Source of the DNA: Takakia lepidozioides
Lineage: Eukaryota > Plantae > Bryophyta
Reading direction: 5' to 3'
Assembly: GCA_030704615.1 (NCBI GenBank)
Contig: CM060731.1
Span: forward strand, 88,350,001 to 88,414,000
DNA: 64,000 bases
Made by a program: the position numbers and the translations under genes. Shown piece by piece: positions 1-11,682 of the stretch (position 1 is its first letter; each line of letters begins with the position of its first letter). The notes under the pieces are model-generated. The model was not told the origin of the DNA. It saw only the letters and a list, made by a program, of their open reading frames with translations, and ran no database searches.

Positions 1-350
1 GCGCGCAAAGACTCCCGCTTGATTCCAGATGCGTCTGTGAAAACTGAAAGCCAGACAATGATGTCTCCTGATTCTGGTTTGAACATAGCATAATCGTGGC
101 CATGATAAGGGCAGTCAGCAGGATTTCGGCGGCACGGCATCCCTGAAAAAGAGTAGCACAGTACGCTCAATGACAGCAGTTCCCGGATAGAGGAGGTAGC
201 AGCGCGGTGGCTGGAAGAAATTCAAGCAAACGCTGCAATTCCTCACAAACACTCCAGGGCACATTTAAATTTCCCCCCGACAGGAACCTGCACGGATGAA
301 GATTGGCTCATCCATGAATGTAACAGTTTCAATTTCCTTCCCTGCCATGC
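1..350 (-). pseudogene. 5' part of paralog B of the 237-aa cargo protein
   Basis: Translates to ...GMPCRRNPADCPYHGHDYAMFKPESGDIIVW, homologous to RMPCFRNRDNCPYGGIDYAMYSATSGDIVIW; stops upstream. Confidence 0.65.
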
Positions 351-399
351 AAACTATGGGCAGTAAGTGCCAGGTGGGCCTATAGCCACTCGAGACGAC

Positions 400-460
400 G
401 AAGTCCATCCCCCCTTCGATGTAAATGCGGCGCCAAATTTCCATCCGGGGGATGGACTTC
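400..460. repeat. 14-bp inverted repeat enclosing a degenerate copy of the element palindrome
   Basis: GAAGTCCATCCCCC (400-413) / GGGGGATGGACTTC (447-460) around GTAAATGCGGCGCCAAATTTCC; also at ~8155-8215 and ~49910-49970. Confidence 0.8.
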
Positions 461-546
461 GGTGGCAGATTTCAAACTATACCCCGTGGATGAGAAAGAG
501 GTATCGGTTCATCCACCGCTGGCGTGTTGAACACGTTACACGATGA

Positions 547-1260
547 TTGGTGGGTACTTGTGACCCAGATGGTCCATTATTGGAGCCCGCACTGCTCTTT
601 CGCTTCTCATCATTTCGAAAATCTAAGGGCTTCGTTGTTGTCCACAAGGTCATTGTCATCGGCATCAAAGACGTCCTCAGGTCCTCCTTTGCAAGGATGC
701 CGTGCTTCCGGAACCGGGACAACTGCCCTTATGGAGGCATCGATTATGCAATGTATTCGGCCACATCGGGAGACATCGTTATCTGGTACACAGATTACAC
801 AGAAGATACTGGTTCGAATGTGGAAACATTGTCCGCTTTTGAGTATCTCCCAGGCCAGTACGCCTTCGAGCGGGGTGACGATCTTGGTCTGAGGAGTCCG
901 TGGCTCCTGCGCATCCTTGATTCCGATTTTCCCAGCTACGACGGGCACCCATGCAGAAGAATGCGCACTGCTATGCTGTTGCGCTGGAACTGCTGCCAGT
1001 GGACGTGGGTGGACTCCATCGGAGAGACTTATACTCCTGAAGGAGTGCGCTCATCTTCTCCATTGTATGGGGACATTCGCATTGGTGTGGACGGCGAAAA
1101 CGTGAAGCGTTCCATATTCGATGGTGGTATGATTGAAGGGCAGGACATTGTGGTGAACATCAACAGGGGTGGTACAACGGCTGCAATCCAGTTTACCTGG
1201 AGGAGCCCGAAGACTCATGAGCTAGTTCTCAGAGCAGTCGAAGTCCCATTGACAACGTGA
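547..1260 (+). CDS. Transposon cargo protein of unknown function (paralog A, up to 237 aa; true start uncertain)
   Basis: Frame is open in all three copies (547, 8302, 49110) despite many substitutions in the third; conserved WNCCQWT and DGGMIEG motifs. Confidence 0.6.
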   Translation: MVGTCDPDGPLLEPALLFRFSSFRKSKGFVVVHKVIVIGIKDVLRSSFARMPCFRNRDNCPYGGIDYAMYSATSGDIVIWYTDYTEDTGSNVETLSAFEYLPGQYAFERGDDLGLRSPWLLRILDSDFPSYDGHPCRRMRTAMLLRWNCCQWTWVDSIGETYTPEGVRSSSPLYGDIRIGVDGENVKRSIFDGGMIEGQDIVVNINRGGTTAAIQFTWRSPKTHELVLRAVEVPLTT

Positions 1261-1714
1261 CTTGTATTCAGAAGGCACAGGGTTAAAGATTTGTTTGCAC
1301 AATCAGCACAGTAGACGTGCTTCAAATGCAATTCATGTGGATCAATAAAAACCCCATTGTGCCCTCTTTTTGTTCTATTCTGTATCCATCGTTCCCAAAA
1401 TGCGTCATTCCTCATTTCGTTTGGGATTGGGAGTGTGGGCGGATTTTGCAAGTGGCTGGTAGGCTGAAATGGGCCCCCATTGTACAGATCAGTACCACCC
1501 TACCATTCGCGAAACATTGCCTTTCAATATGTAATTCTAAAAAACATTGCCGAACCTCCTTCATCGGGAGGTCCTTCTCCCCCTATGACCGTGACACCCT
1601 AAACCCTATTCCCGCAGACACTCATTTCCGGAAAATAGTCCTGCTCATGTTTTTTTCGACACTTACGACTCTGCTCATGGCTCATGGCTCATGGCTCATG
1701 AAATGGCAGCCCCC

Positions 1715-2279
1715 ATTCTGGACCTGTGGTTCGACGACTCGGTGGTTCGTGTTGTGGATGTCAACGCAGCAGCATAGCGCGGTAATGATCATTGTGGAGG
1801 GTGATTGGAGGGCACATGAACCGGGATATGGTAGTTCCACAGGTTTCTTATGCCGCAGTGGTATTTCTGATGATGGAAGCTCGGAGTAGTTGCTGTACAA
1901 AATAAAAACTTGTGGTTGCCTGATGTTTTTATTTCGAGCGTCATATCAATGTGGGCTTGATGTTGAGTTGAATGGGGTTTGCAAATTCAACTGTCGTCTG
2001 ACCCTAAATATATTACCTTGTCAGCACAATGGCTTGTGAGGGCTACAATTTTGTGTCTCTTTCCTGTCCTGCACAATGTTTTACAGTGGTGACGTGGAAT
2101 AACGGTGCCGAAATACCTCATTCCGCATCCTGGACCAGGAGAAACAGACCCTATTATCGAGGTAAGAGGACATAACACCGTCAATAAAGGCACGAAAATT
2201 CCAATTCCGCGGATGCCTGCTCATGAGCTCATAGGCTTATAGGCTCATGGGCTCATGGGCTCATGAAATAGTAAACCTC
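1715..2279. mobile_element. Terminus of a related Mutator-like element into which copy A is inserted
   Basis: GCTCATG repeats and TIR GCTCATGAAATAGTAAACCTC (2259-2279), the reverse complement of the left TIR at 3275 and 55021, with different internal sequence. Confidence 0.65.
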
Positions 2280-3060
2280 AGTATTTCATATACACTGTGA
2301 TGCCTCAGGAGAAGCATTGGGAGCGGTGTTAGCCCAAAATATCAAAAGAGACATAGATTCATCTGTGTACTATGCTAGCAGGTTGTTGAACAGTGCTGAG
2401 AGGAACTATAGCACAACTGAAAGAGAAGCATTGGCAATGATTTATGCAGTCAAGAAATTCAGGCATTACCTATTGGGAAGGAAGTTCATGTTTTATGTGG
2501 ATCATTAGGCTTTGATTTATCTGGTGAACAAGCCTTTGATAAGTGTCAAGATGGTTAATAATCTTGCACGAGTTTGAATTCGAAGTTGTTTACAAGCCTG
2601 GCCGTTTGCATCTTGTGGCAGATCACTTGTCACGCCTATCAACAGGAGAGCCCGCCACAGGAGTAGACGATCAATTACCTGATGCGAGTCTATTTGCAGT
2701 GGAGGTGCAAGGAAGTGCAGATGATTGGTTAGATTGGCAGTGGCCAATCAGATACTACCTTACTCATGGTCAGTGCCCACCTAGTTATGGGAAGGAACAG
2801 AGGAAGAGAATAGCTATCAAGACTTTACCTTACACTATGATAGGTGGCAGATTGTATAAGCTAGGACTTGATGGAGTTCTTAAACGATGCTTGTATTACC
2901 AAGAAGTAAATAAAATTTTGGAGGAAGTTCATAAAGGAGTGGCTGGAGGTCATTTTGGAGAGGAGATTACCAGCAGGAAAATACTACTTGTAGGTTACTG
3001 CTGGGCTACTCTGTTCAAAGATGTGCACAGGTATTGCAAGAGTTGTGATGAGTGTCCCAA
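2280..3060 (+). pseudogene. Ty3/Gypsy pol fragment (RNase H and integrase Zn-binding region)
   Basis: HCDASGEALGAVLAQ...YASRLLNSAERNYSTTEREALA; VHKGVAGGHFG...CKSCDEC; stop and frameshift present. Confidence 0.9.
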
Positions 3061-3274
3061 CTGAAATACATCATCCTGATTGTCCACTAGGACTACCCCA
3101 GGAGTCACCATACTACGCTCAATGGCTGGTCTAGCTGGCAACTCTTGCAACCTTGCAGCTGCCGCTTGCCATGGCGCAGCTGTGGCTGTCTTCACCCTTG
3201 AATCAAGGGCATCCATGCACTGCACCTGATCCGCTATCCCCGCAGATAGTGCCGATGCAACACCACTCTCACAT
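3061..3274 (-). pseudogene. Continuation of the minus-strand Gypsy gag-pol interrupted by copy B
   Basis: Reading ...RLAAALYE (9470+) continues as ESGVASALSAGIADQVQCMDALDSRV across the TSD. Confidence 0.7.
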
Positions 3275-4104
3275 GAGGTTTACTATTTCATGAGCAGAAA
3301 CCATGAGCCATGAGCCATAAGCCGCATGAGCCGCATGAGCGGTGAGCCGAAGTCTAAGACACGTGGATTTCATGAGCGGACTCCTCCAAATTTGGAAATG
3401 CGGCAGATTAAACAAGTATTAAAATAATAGTTTTATATTTGACCTTGCCGTTTTTGGAAGTTACAGATCCTGTAATGCGGCAAAGATATGTCGTCAGTAA
3501 CAACTCCGCTCATGGTTTTTTAGATCCGCTCATGGAAATGAGTGACCGTGCAACGAGAAATCCAGTATACCACGGCAAAAGGACGTCGCATACTGGCCTG
3601 TATAGAGTATTCCGCGGTTTTACATGCCTTAACATTGGAATGAAGCTGACCCTTTTGCCGCGACTGAACCAATAGAGTCTGCACAATTCTGTCATCTTCC
3701 AGTATTCGGCGGGAAAGTTTTGCAAGTGAACTAGGAAATGCGGTGCCGCATTAGGGTTCGCACGTGCGAATTTTTTGGGCGGTTTGGTGTTGCTGACTGC
3801 CGCATCTACCAGTACCTACGACGTTACTTGGAAATGTGGCGCCGCATTTCCTTGCCGGGGGTCAAATGAGGAAAGCAAAGTTTGGGAGAGCAGAAAAACA
3901 GGAACCCTCCAACACACAAAAATACATGCACGTGGAAACACGAGTGAATGACATAGTATTATCGACGTTCGAGCAAAACATGTTACTGGTAGGCAAGACA
4001 TAAGTCGGACCTTTCTGTGGCCAGAGTCAGAGCTACTTGCAGCAGTACAATTCTACTATCCGAAAAGGATGGGCGTACCATTGTGTTGGGACCGCAAGCC
4101 AAGG

Positions 4105-4594
4105 TCACTGGTCCCCTGGATCCATATTCAGAAGAGTGTGCACCTCTTGGGGGCTCAACCCTGGTGCATGTATGAAGTGATGAGTTGTGAAATTACACCG
4201 GAGTCTCTTTAGGTACACGTAGTACAGATGCTTGCAAGGGCAGTATGATGCCCCCTTGTTCGCCATGATCTGAAAGTCGGTGCAATTGCAGGTGGGTAAT
4301 TCTGAAATGGTGATGGTGTACACCTCATTGCGAGCAGCTGAGCTTGCCGTGGCCATCTGATACACACGCCCGAAGCCTGGTGGGGGCACTTCTGTCGAGC
4401 TCTGGATTGTACAGTTCATCCGAAGTGCATTCCCCATCCTTGTCTCGTTCACTTTTGAGGGAGGTCACCGCCTCTTCGGTTTCCCCCAACGGTGTGTAGG
4501 ATGCTTAGAGCTGTCGGGTCGCATTGTTCTTGCTCTCACAGGGGTCGGTGGTGGAGGCTGTGGAAGCGGAAATGGTTGTCTGGGGACGTCAGTG
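4105..4594 (-). pseudogene. 3' end of transposase (SWIM zinc finger)
   Basis: YTITISELPTCNCTDF...CPCKHLYYV (CxCx(n)CxH); near-identical to 55851-56340. Confidence 0.85.
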
Positions 4595-6022
4595 AGGACT
4601 TTTGGAAGAAAGGATTCGGGCTCGCCCGCATGGTGTTGGACGACAGAGGCTGTGTGGTTGTCCTGGCGAGCAGAGGCAAAAACACGCAGACAGGAATTGC
4701 GAAGTGGACCTGCAAGAGCGCCATCCCAATTCTGAAGAAGAAGTGGACGTGCATCAACACATTGGGCCTTCGGTTGGAATGGAAGAAGGTAATTACGACC
4801 TTGGCACTCGTCCTTTCATTTTCTTAGGAGTTTTGAAATGCGGTGCCGCATTCGATTTCTAATCGTTCCCCACTGTGTATGCAGACAAAGCAGTTCGATG
4901 CATACTGCTTTGTGAAGGAGAACTCCACCTTTGTTTTCCGGAAGGAGGGATTGTTGGTTGACCCGACCTGCGACCCCATCGAATACGACGTCCTATTCAA
5001 CAACGTTCCCACGGAACTTCTCCCTCATAGCCTCACTTCAACTGAACCCCTGCGGTATTCACGCACTCGGAGCCCTGCCTTCATTCAGACAATTATGGAG
5101 ACATGCATTGACATGGAGGGCACAGTGCTCGACCTCGTCTGTGGGACAAGTATGCAGAATCTTGTTGTATGCTTTTCTGCAAACTCTCGTTATGCTTTCA
5201 TTCGCAACATCTGAAGGGCCATGTCATAATGTGTGGATGTCATTGTAACAGGTGCCTCAATGTGGGCTGGGCGGTTTTCCGACCGGCACCTCTTTGCCTA
5301 CGAGGAGGACACAGGCGTCTGGGGATACCATCTGGAAGGGCTGCAACGGAATGTGAAGGCTCCCATCGAAGTCAAAGACTCCTCGGATTTGTCAGAGTCG
5401 GAGGAAGAGACAGTGGACATTGATGCCGAGGAGAACCCGGAATACGAGTGAGTGCAAACATTGTAAGTTTGCAAAGCCTTCTGTGTGATTTTTTGTCAAA
5501 CGCATATCCGGACTGTGGTTCTCATTGGTCTCGTTGGTGATTGTTATGTGCAGGATTGGAGGATCCGGGTCGAAACATGTAGGGCCTACACTTCCTGCCA
5601 GGAAGAATGTCCCGTTCTTTGCGAGGGCCGACTTCATGACGAGCCCGGTGAAGGACTACTCCCTTCCTAGTTATGCAGCTAAACTCGCAAATACAACGAT
5701 TAGACGATGTGAGAATCCCAGTAAAGTAGAGCAGATTTTGGAGAGGGCTAGGGAAGACAGAACGTTAAGGAAAGAGTTGGCAACAGCTGAGGCAGGTAGA
5801 CGGGTGCGAAAGTTCATATGTGATTCAGCGGATGAGAGCGATGCAGACAGGGAGGACGACGAGCCAATGGAGGTGAGATGGTCGGTTCCGCAAGGTGAAG
5901 ATGGGATTTTCGAAAGCCTGGCCAACGACCAGTCCGCTGGAGATGAGAAAGGCAATGACGGGGTGGAGGCGGAGCAGGACAGTCAAGGACAGGACGACAG
6001 TAGTGATGATTTTCAAGATTAA
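4594..6022 (+). pseudogene. 3' exons of the ParB-methyltransferase-like gene (SAM-binding motif region and acidic tail)
   Basis: Spliced reading RSPAFIQTIMETCIDMEGTVLDLVCGT|SASMWAGRFSDRHLFAYEED resembles motifs X-I-II of N6/N4 MTases; GT-AG introns at ~4789-4883, 5150-5251 and ~5447-5553. Confidence 0.7.
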
Positions 6023-6158
6023 TACAATTTTAATGAACTCTCTGTACATTTAAATTCAATTCCAGAGTATATAAAGGGAATTCTCCCCGTCCTTCATGTC
6101 CCCTCTCCCATGTGCTTCTAAACGACAACATCGTCCAAACCTGGTCCCTCCCAAAATC

Positions 6159-7041
6159 TGAAATGCGGCACCGCATTTCAATGTCTGAACGGAAATGTGG
6201 CAACTGCAAAAACCTCGTTTGGAAATGCGGCACCGCATTTCCAAAACCGGGGCAAGAACAAATTTCTGTTTCATGGTTTGGACATCAGAAACTGTTCGGA
6301 CAAACGGAAATGCGGCACCGACACGGCAGTTTTGCCGATTGCTAGCTCCTTCCATGGATGTAAATCGAAATGCGGAGGTCAAACATGGAAATGCGGTGCC
6401 GCATTTACCTTTTGGAGATTGACATTTTTCCAACTGCAGACCCATCGACGTTCTTGGGCTCCCAATTCCATGATGCTAGAGGGGAATGCGGCACCGCATT
6501 CCATTGTCCAATAAGAAATTTCGATGACGTACATGGAAATGCGGCGCCGCATTTCCAAAAGGGACATCGATGTTTGCCCAATTCCAGACCCTTTGATGGA
6601 AATGCGGCACCGCATTCCATCGTCCTATAAAAACTTACATTGTCCTATAAAAACTTTCAATTGCCCAACATGGGAAATGCGGCGCCGCATTTCCAAAACA
6701 GACATCGTTGTTTGTCCAATTCCAGACCCGTGTGGGCATTCCGTCTTGATGGACGGAAATGCGGCACCGCATTCCATTGTCCGATTCGATACTTTGATGA
6801 CAGACATGGAAATGCGGTGCCGCATTTCAAGTATGAACATGGACAAGCATTAGCGACTGGACATGCTTGGATAGTTCAAGGTCGAATATGGAAATGCGGC
6901 GCCGCATTTCAAATTCGAAGTATGGTAATGCCAGGTCAGGAAATGAAATGTTGTACAACATTTCCGTTACGACGACAACGGAGGAAAGGGAGCTGCCATA
7001 AATCGCTTCATGGAGAAAATGGAATGCGGTGCCGAATTTCC
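6159..7041. repeat. Palindrome array 2 (GGAAATGCGG-NN-CCGCATTTCC, about 12 copies, irregular spacing)
   Basis: Copies at 6159, 6221, 6306, 6387, 6482, 6535, 6598, 6673, 6755, 6808, 6890, ~7021. Confidence 0.9.
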
Positions 7042-7317
7042 GAGCTTCGGCGTGTACATGTTTCCTACAACTCATACATGGATTTTCTTCACCTCAGGAC
7101 TGTGATATCGCTGACTCTGGTATATTTATATGGACAGACACATTGTAGAAATGAGACCTCAAATTGTAAACAGTGGGCCAATTACGGCAGTTCTTGAACA
7201 CGATGAAACACAAGCACACAGAAGTGAGGTACGATGGGTTGTTTTATTGATCGAACACGGTGTCTCACATTTAGCAACTCCAGACAAATCTAAGCCCTTC
7301 CTCCTTCTACATGGGTG

Positions 7318-7960
7318 TCACCAAGTCGACGGAACTTCGATAGCCCTCAAAACAAGCTCATTACTGATGCGGCATCTCGAGGTAAACTACAATGCGGTCG
7401 ATCTGGTGCCCTTGGTGGAGCTGACGACAATGTCATGCCCATCAATCATACCACCATCATACATTGACAAGGTCACTGTGGGCCTCCTGTGCCCGTGCGA
7501 TTCGTCTTCCCAACTCAGCCGAATGTCTCCATACACTGGAAAAGCGGAGTGAACTCCACGAATATAGTTTTCCCCGGTGCCGTCCTCCCTGGTCCACTGG
7601 CAGCAGTTCCAGCGCCAAAGTGAGGCTGTGCGTGATCTGTCCGGCATCCCATTCCACCTTGGTATATCAAGGTCAACAATTTTCAGGACCCACGGACCGC
7701 ATTGACCTCGCCCTCACCTCGCTCAAAGCGGTAATAGCCCTCCAGATACTCCATTGCGCGCAAAGACTCCCGCTTGATTCCAGATGCGTCTGTGAAAACT
7801 GAAAGCCAGACAATGATGTCTCCTGATTCTGGTTTGAACATAGCATAATCGTGGCCATGATAAGGGCAGTCAGTAGGATTTCAGCGGCACGGCATCCCTG
7901 AAAAAGAGTAGCGCAGTACGCTCAATGACAGCAGCTCCCGGATGGAGGAGGTAGCAGCAT
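7318..7960 (-). pseudogene. Paralog B of the 237-aa cargo protein, disrupted
   Basis: RTASLWRWNCCQWTREDG...VYGDIRL...YDGGMIDGHDIVV...ELVLRAIEVP; in-frame stops and a frameshift. Confidence 0.8.
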
Positions 7961-8301
7961 GGTGGCTGGAAGAAATTCAAGCAAACGCTGCAATTCCTCA
8001 CAAACACTCTAGGGCACATTTAAATTTCCCCCCGACAGGAACGTGCACGGATGAAGATTGGCTCATCCATGAATGTAGCCGTTTCAGTTTCCTTCCCTGC
8101 CATGCAAACTATGGGCAGTAAGTGCCAGGTGGGCCTATAGCCACTCGAGACGACGAAGTCCATCCCCCCTTCGATGTAAATGCGGCGCCGAATTTCCATC
8201 CGGGGGATGGACTTCGGTGGCAGATTTCAAACTATACCCCGTGGATGAGAAAGAGGTATCGGTTCATCCACCGCTTGCGTGTTGAACACGTTACACGATG
8301 A

Positions 8302-9015
8302 TTGGTGGGTACTTGTGACCCAGATGGTCCATTATTGGAGCCCGCACTGCTCTTTCGCTTCTCATCATTTCGAAAATCTAAGGGCTTCGTTGTTGTCCAC
8401 AAGGTCATTGTCATTGGCATCAAAGACGTCCTCAGGTCCTCCTTTGCAAGGATGCCGTGCTTCCGGAACCGGGACAACTGCCCTTATGGAGGCATCGATT
8501 ATGCAATGTATTCGGCCACATCGGGAGACATCGTTATCTGGTACACAGATTACACAGAAGATACTGGTTCGAATGTGGAAACATTGTCCGCTTTTGAGTA
8601 TCTCCCAGGCCAGTACGCCTTCGAGCGGGGTGACGATCTTGGTCTGAGGAGTCCGTGGCTCCTGCGCATCCTTGATTCCGATTTTCCCAGCTACGACGGG
8701 CACCCATGCAGAAGAATGCGCACTGCTATGCTGTTGCGCTGGAACTGCTGCCAGTGGACGTGGGTGGACTCCATCGGAGAGACTTATACTCCTGAAGGAG
8801 TGCGCTCATCTTCTCCATTGTATGGGGACATTCGCATTGGTGTGGACGGCGAAAACGTGAAGCGTTCCATATTCGATGGTGGTATGATTGAAGGGCAGGA
8901 CATTGTGGTGAACATCAACAGGGGTGGTACAACGGCTGCAATCCAGTTTACCTGGAGGAGCCCGAAGACTCATGAGCTAGTTCTCAGAGCAGTCGAAGTC
9001 CCATTGACAACGTGA
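8302..9015 (+). CDS. Cargo protein paralog A (copy B)
   Basis: Protein identical to 547..1260. Confidence 0.6.
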   Translation: MVGTCDPDGPLLEPALLFRFSSFRKSKGFVVVHKVIVIGIKDVLRSSFARMPCFRNRDNCPYGGIDYAMYSATSGDIVIWYTDYTEDTGSNVETLSAFEYLPGQYAFERGDDLGLRSPWLLRILDSDFPSYDGHPCRRMRTAMLLRWNCCQWTWVDSIGETYTPEGVRSSSPLYGDIRIGVDGENVKRSIFDGGMIEGQDIVVNINRGGTTAAIQFTWRSPKTHELVLRAVEVPLTT

Positions 9016-9469
9016 CTTGTATTCAGAAGGCACAGGGTTAAAGATTTGTTTGCACAATCAGCACAGTAGACGTGCTTCAAATGCAATTCATGTGGATCAA
9101 TAAAAACCCCATTGTGCCCTCTTTTTGTACTATTCTGTATCCATCGTTCCCAAAATGCGTCATTCCTCATTTCGTTTGGGATTGGGAGTGTGGGTGGATT
9201 TTGCAAGTGGCTGGTAGGCTGAAATGGGCCCCCATTGTACAGATCAGTACCACCCTACCATTCACGAAACATTGCTTTTCAATATGTAATTCTAAAAAAC
9301 ATTGCCGAACCTCCTTCATCGGGAGGTCCTTCTCCCCCTATGACCGTGACACCCTAAACCCTATTCCCGCAGACACTCATTTCTGGAAAATAGTCCTGCT
9401 CATGTTTTTTTCGACACTTACGACTCTGCTCATGGCTCATGGCTCATGGCTCATGAAATAGCAGCCCCC

Positions 9470-11400
9470 CTCTCATAGAGTGCAGCTGCCAGTCTAAACA
9501 CTGCAGCTGGCCGCATCCCCGGCATTGCAATTGTCGTGGTAGAAAACAATGGAGCTTGGCAAATTACCGTAGCCGCCCCCAACAATGTACTGGCTGCACC
9601 TTGCTTTGCAGCACCACCCACTGGCGTTTTCCGAGCCATACCAACTCTCCCCCAATAACACTTGTGGCTTTGCCTCTGACACACTTGGGCGAGCGGGTGC
9701 CATCGATGGCGTAGTTGGCCTTGTCTCAGCCAATGTGAAAGACTGTGGAAGCCGTGTCTGACAACTTGCTTCCCTCTTTTGTGGATCAAAATCCACATCC
9801 GAGCCTCTTGGCTCAGGAGCACGCATTGCTACTCGAGTGACAGCAGCTGCAGAGTCCACATGCAATGATCCTGCAAGTGCGGCTCCACACATGAAGCCCA
9901 TACCAATCTGGTCTTCCCTAGGCATAGGAGGTTGTGCAGGTAGGGCTTGAACCTCAAGCCTTGGAGCTGGCGCAACATGAGTAGTGGCCATGGTAACAAG
10001 ACGTTGCTCTAGCTGGGCAAGCCTATCTACCATGCCTTGGTCATGACCTTGACCGTGACCGTGTACTCCTTGGTTTTGGTTACGGCCTCCACCACGACCT
10101 CTGCCTCCTCTACCTCTCTGGACTACATTGCCTTGTCCTCGGCCACCATTATTCCCTTGGAACTGGCCTGGTCGTAGCTCAGGATGCAAGTCATAACAAT
10201 GGGTCTCTTCATGCCTATACTTGCTACAATGCCTACACTGTAGTTGTGTAGGCTGTGCCTGTGCCGGCCCTATGCCTCTCTCCAAGCAATCTCTCTTAAC
10301 ATGGGGTCCTCCACAATCCCAACATGTTACACCCGACTATTGTTGGCCTGAGAATAAAGGAAGTGACCTCTGCAATTGAGATCCTCTCGGCCCTTCCCTG
10401 GGCTTTGCCTTGAGCACGTTGGGGTAGTGGTTGTTGTTGGCTAGGAGCCCCACTTCGTTGTGTCTCCTTACCAAACCCCACCATGACCACTCGCTCCTCC
10501 ACCATATTGAGCTCTATCCGCTCTGCCAGCAAAAACACGTTTGCTAAGGTGGGTTGGGCCACTTGTAGGAGAGTTGCATCCCGCACCCTTCTCCTCAGCT
10601 CTTTGTCCAATATCCCATACCAAAATTGGACTGCCTGAGCTTCTGTAACCCCTTGGGTTACGTTTATCAAGTGCCTCATGCGAGTGTAAGCCTCCCTTAA
10701 ACTCTCGGTAGGCCTTTGTTGGAACTCTTGCAAGCTCCGCAATTTCTCTGTCCTTATCCCCTAGTAGTTTCTCCTTAACTCCTCGAAGAACTCCACAACT
10801 GGGTTAAAGGCAGGCACGGGTGTTGGTGCTGCAGCAGGAGCTTGGGTGGACTTCCCAGCTCCTGTTCCACTTGACGTCCCACTGCTGCTTGCAGAAGCTG
10901 CCGGTGTAGCTGCCGGTGTCACCACTGCCCTTGTGCCTCTAGTGATGGAGACATAGTCAGGTGACCAATACACCCGCCATTCCTCAATCTCCACCTCATG
11001 TCCCCGCCTAAACTCATGGTAGTCATCCATGGGCAGCCCCTCAAGGTGCTGAAACAGCCCCTTCCACACCATAAAAGGCGTAAACAGTTGTGGATTGCGC
11101 ATCTGCTGCAAATCACACCAACTATCAAACTCCTGTATGAAATCATCAAGCTCGATGGTGCCCACAGCTCCAGAGTACCGACGTGGCCCCTTGGTAGCTC
11201 CATACGTTTCCTCCATCGTATCCCACAACAATGGCACGGAAATGGCTTGCACCCTTGGCGAGAATCCTCCTAACTCTGAGTCTGAACCTTCCTCAGAAGA
11301 TACTGAAGGTGAAGGTGGCCTAAACCGCACACCTCCTCTTGTATACCCACTAGTATTGTTGGTGCTCGTACCGGCACTCTCCTCAGCAACCGGTGGCACC
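9470..11400 (-). pseudogene. Ty3/Gypsy gag, degenerate
   Basis: QEFQQRPTESLREAYTRMR (retrotransposon gag-like), knuckle-like CRHCSKYRHEETHC, RGRG-rich tract; stops and frameshifts. Confidence 0.8.
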
Positions 11401-11682
11401 TCCGTGATGAAAACTCACAACCACACCTGTTGTAAACATGTCTCTAATCCCCCTTTCCACAAGGTAACCGGGTAGAGAACCTGTTGCGGCTTATGGCTTA
11501 GACTACTAGGTTCGTAACATAAACCTGCACCTGCATCCACCGCAAGCACTCCTATGGTCTGCTGGTCATCAACCCAGCCTTACCATAAGAGAAACAATGA
11601 TGGTCTGACTGGTCATCACCCCAGCCTCACCATCGACAGCACGCTCTAGGATTGACCGGTGATCAAATCCGGACCAACCTCC

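Larger units (their letters stand above)
1..1714 (+). mobile_element. Right part of Mutator-like element copy A (extends beyond window start)
   Basis: Near-identical to 7756-9469; ends in GCTCATG heptamer repeats and TIR GCTCATGAAATGGCAGCCCCC (1694-1714). Confidence 0.8.
3275..9469 (+). mobile_element. Mutator-like element copy B, non-autonomous internal-deletion derivative (6195 bp)
   Basis: Left TIR GAGGTTTACTATTTCATGAGC; right TIR (rc) GGGGGCTGCTATTTCATGAGC; imperfect TSD CTCTCACAT (3266-3274) / CTCTCATAG (9470-9478); deletion junction at 4594 joins the equivalents of 56340 and 63911. Confidence 0.85.

Noticed and set aside
1317-1889. 190-aa ORF as a gene
   Set aside because: Non-ATG start; it crosses the TIR junction and has a different end in other copies
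6056-7197. Many overlapping ORFs with MRRRIS / KCGAAF / GNAAPHF repeats (also 59732-61278)
   Set aside because: These are translation artefacts of the palindrome arrays in all six frames
1-9469. 1-1714 and 7756-9469 as an LTR pair around Gypsy pol
   Set aside because: No TG...CA ends; they end in the DNA-transposon TIR, and 3275-9469 has its own TSD
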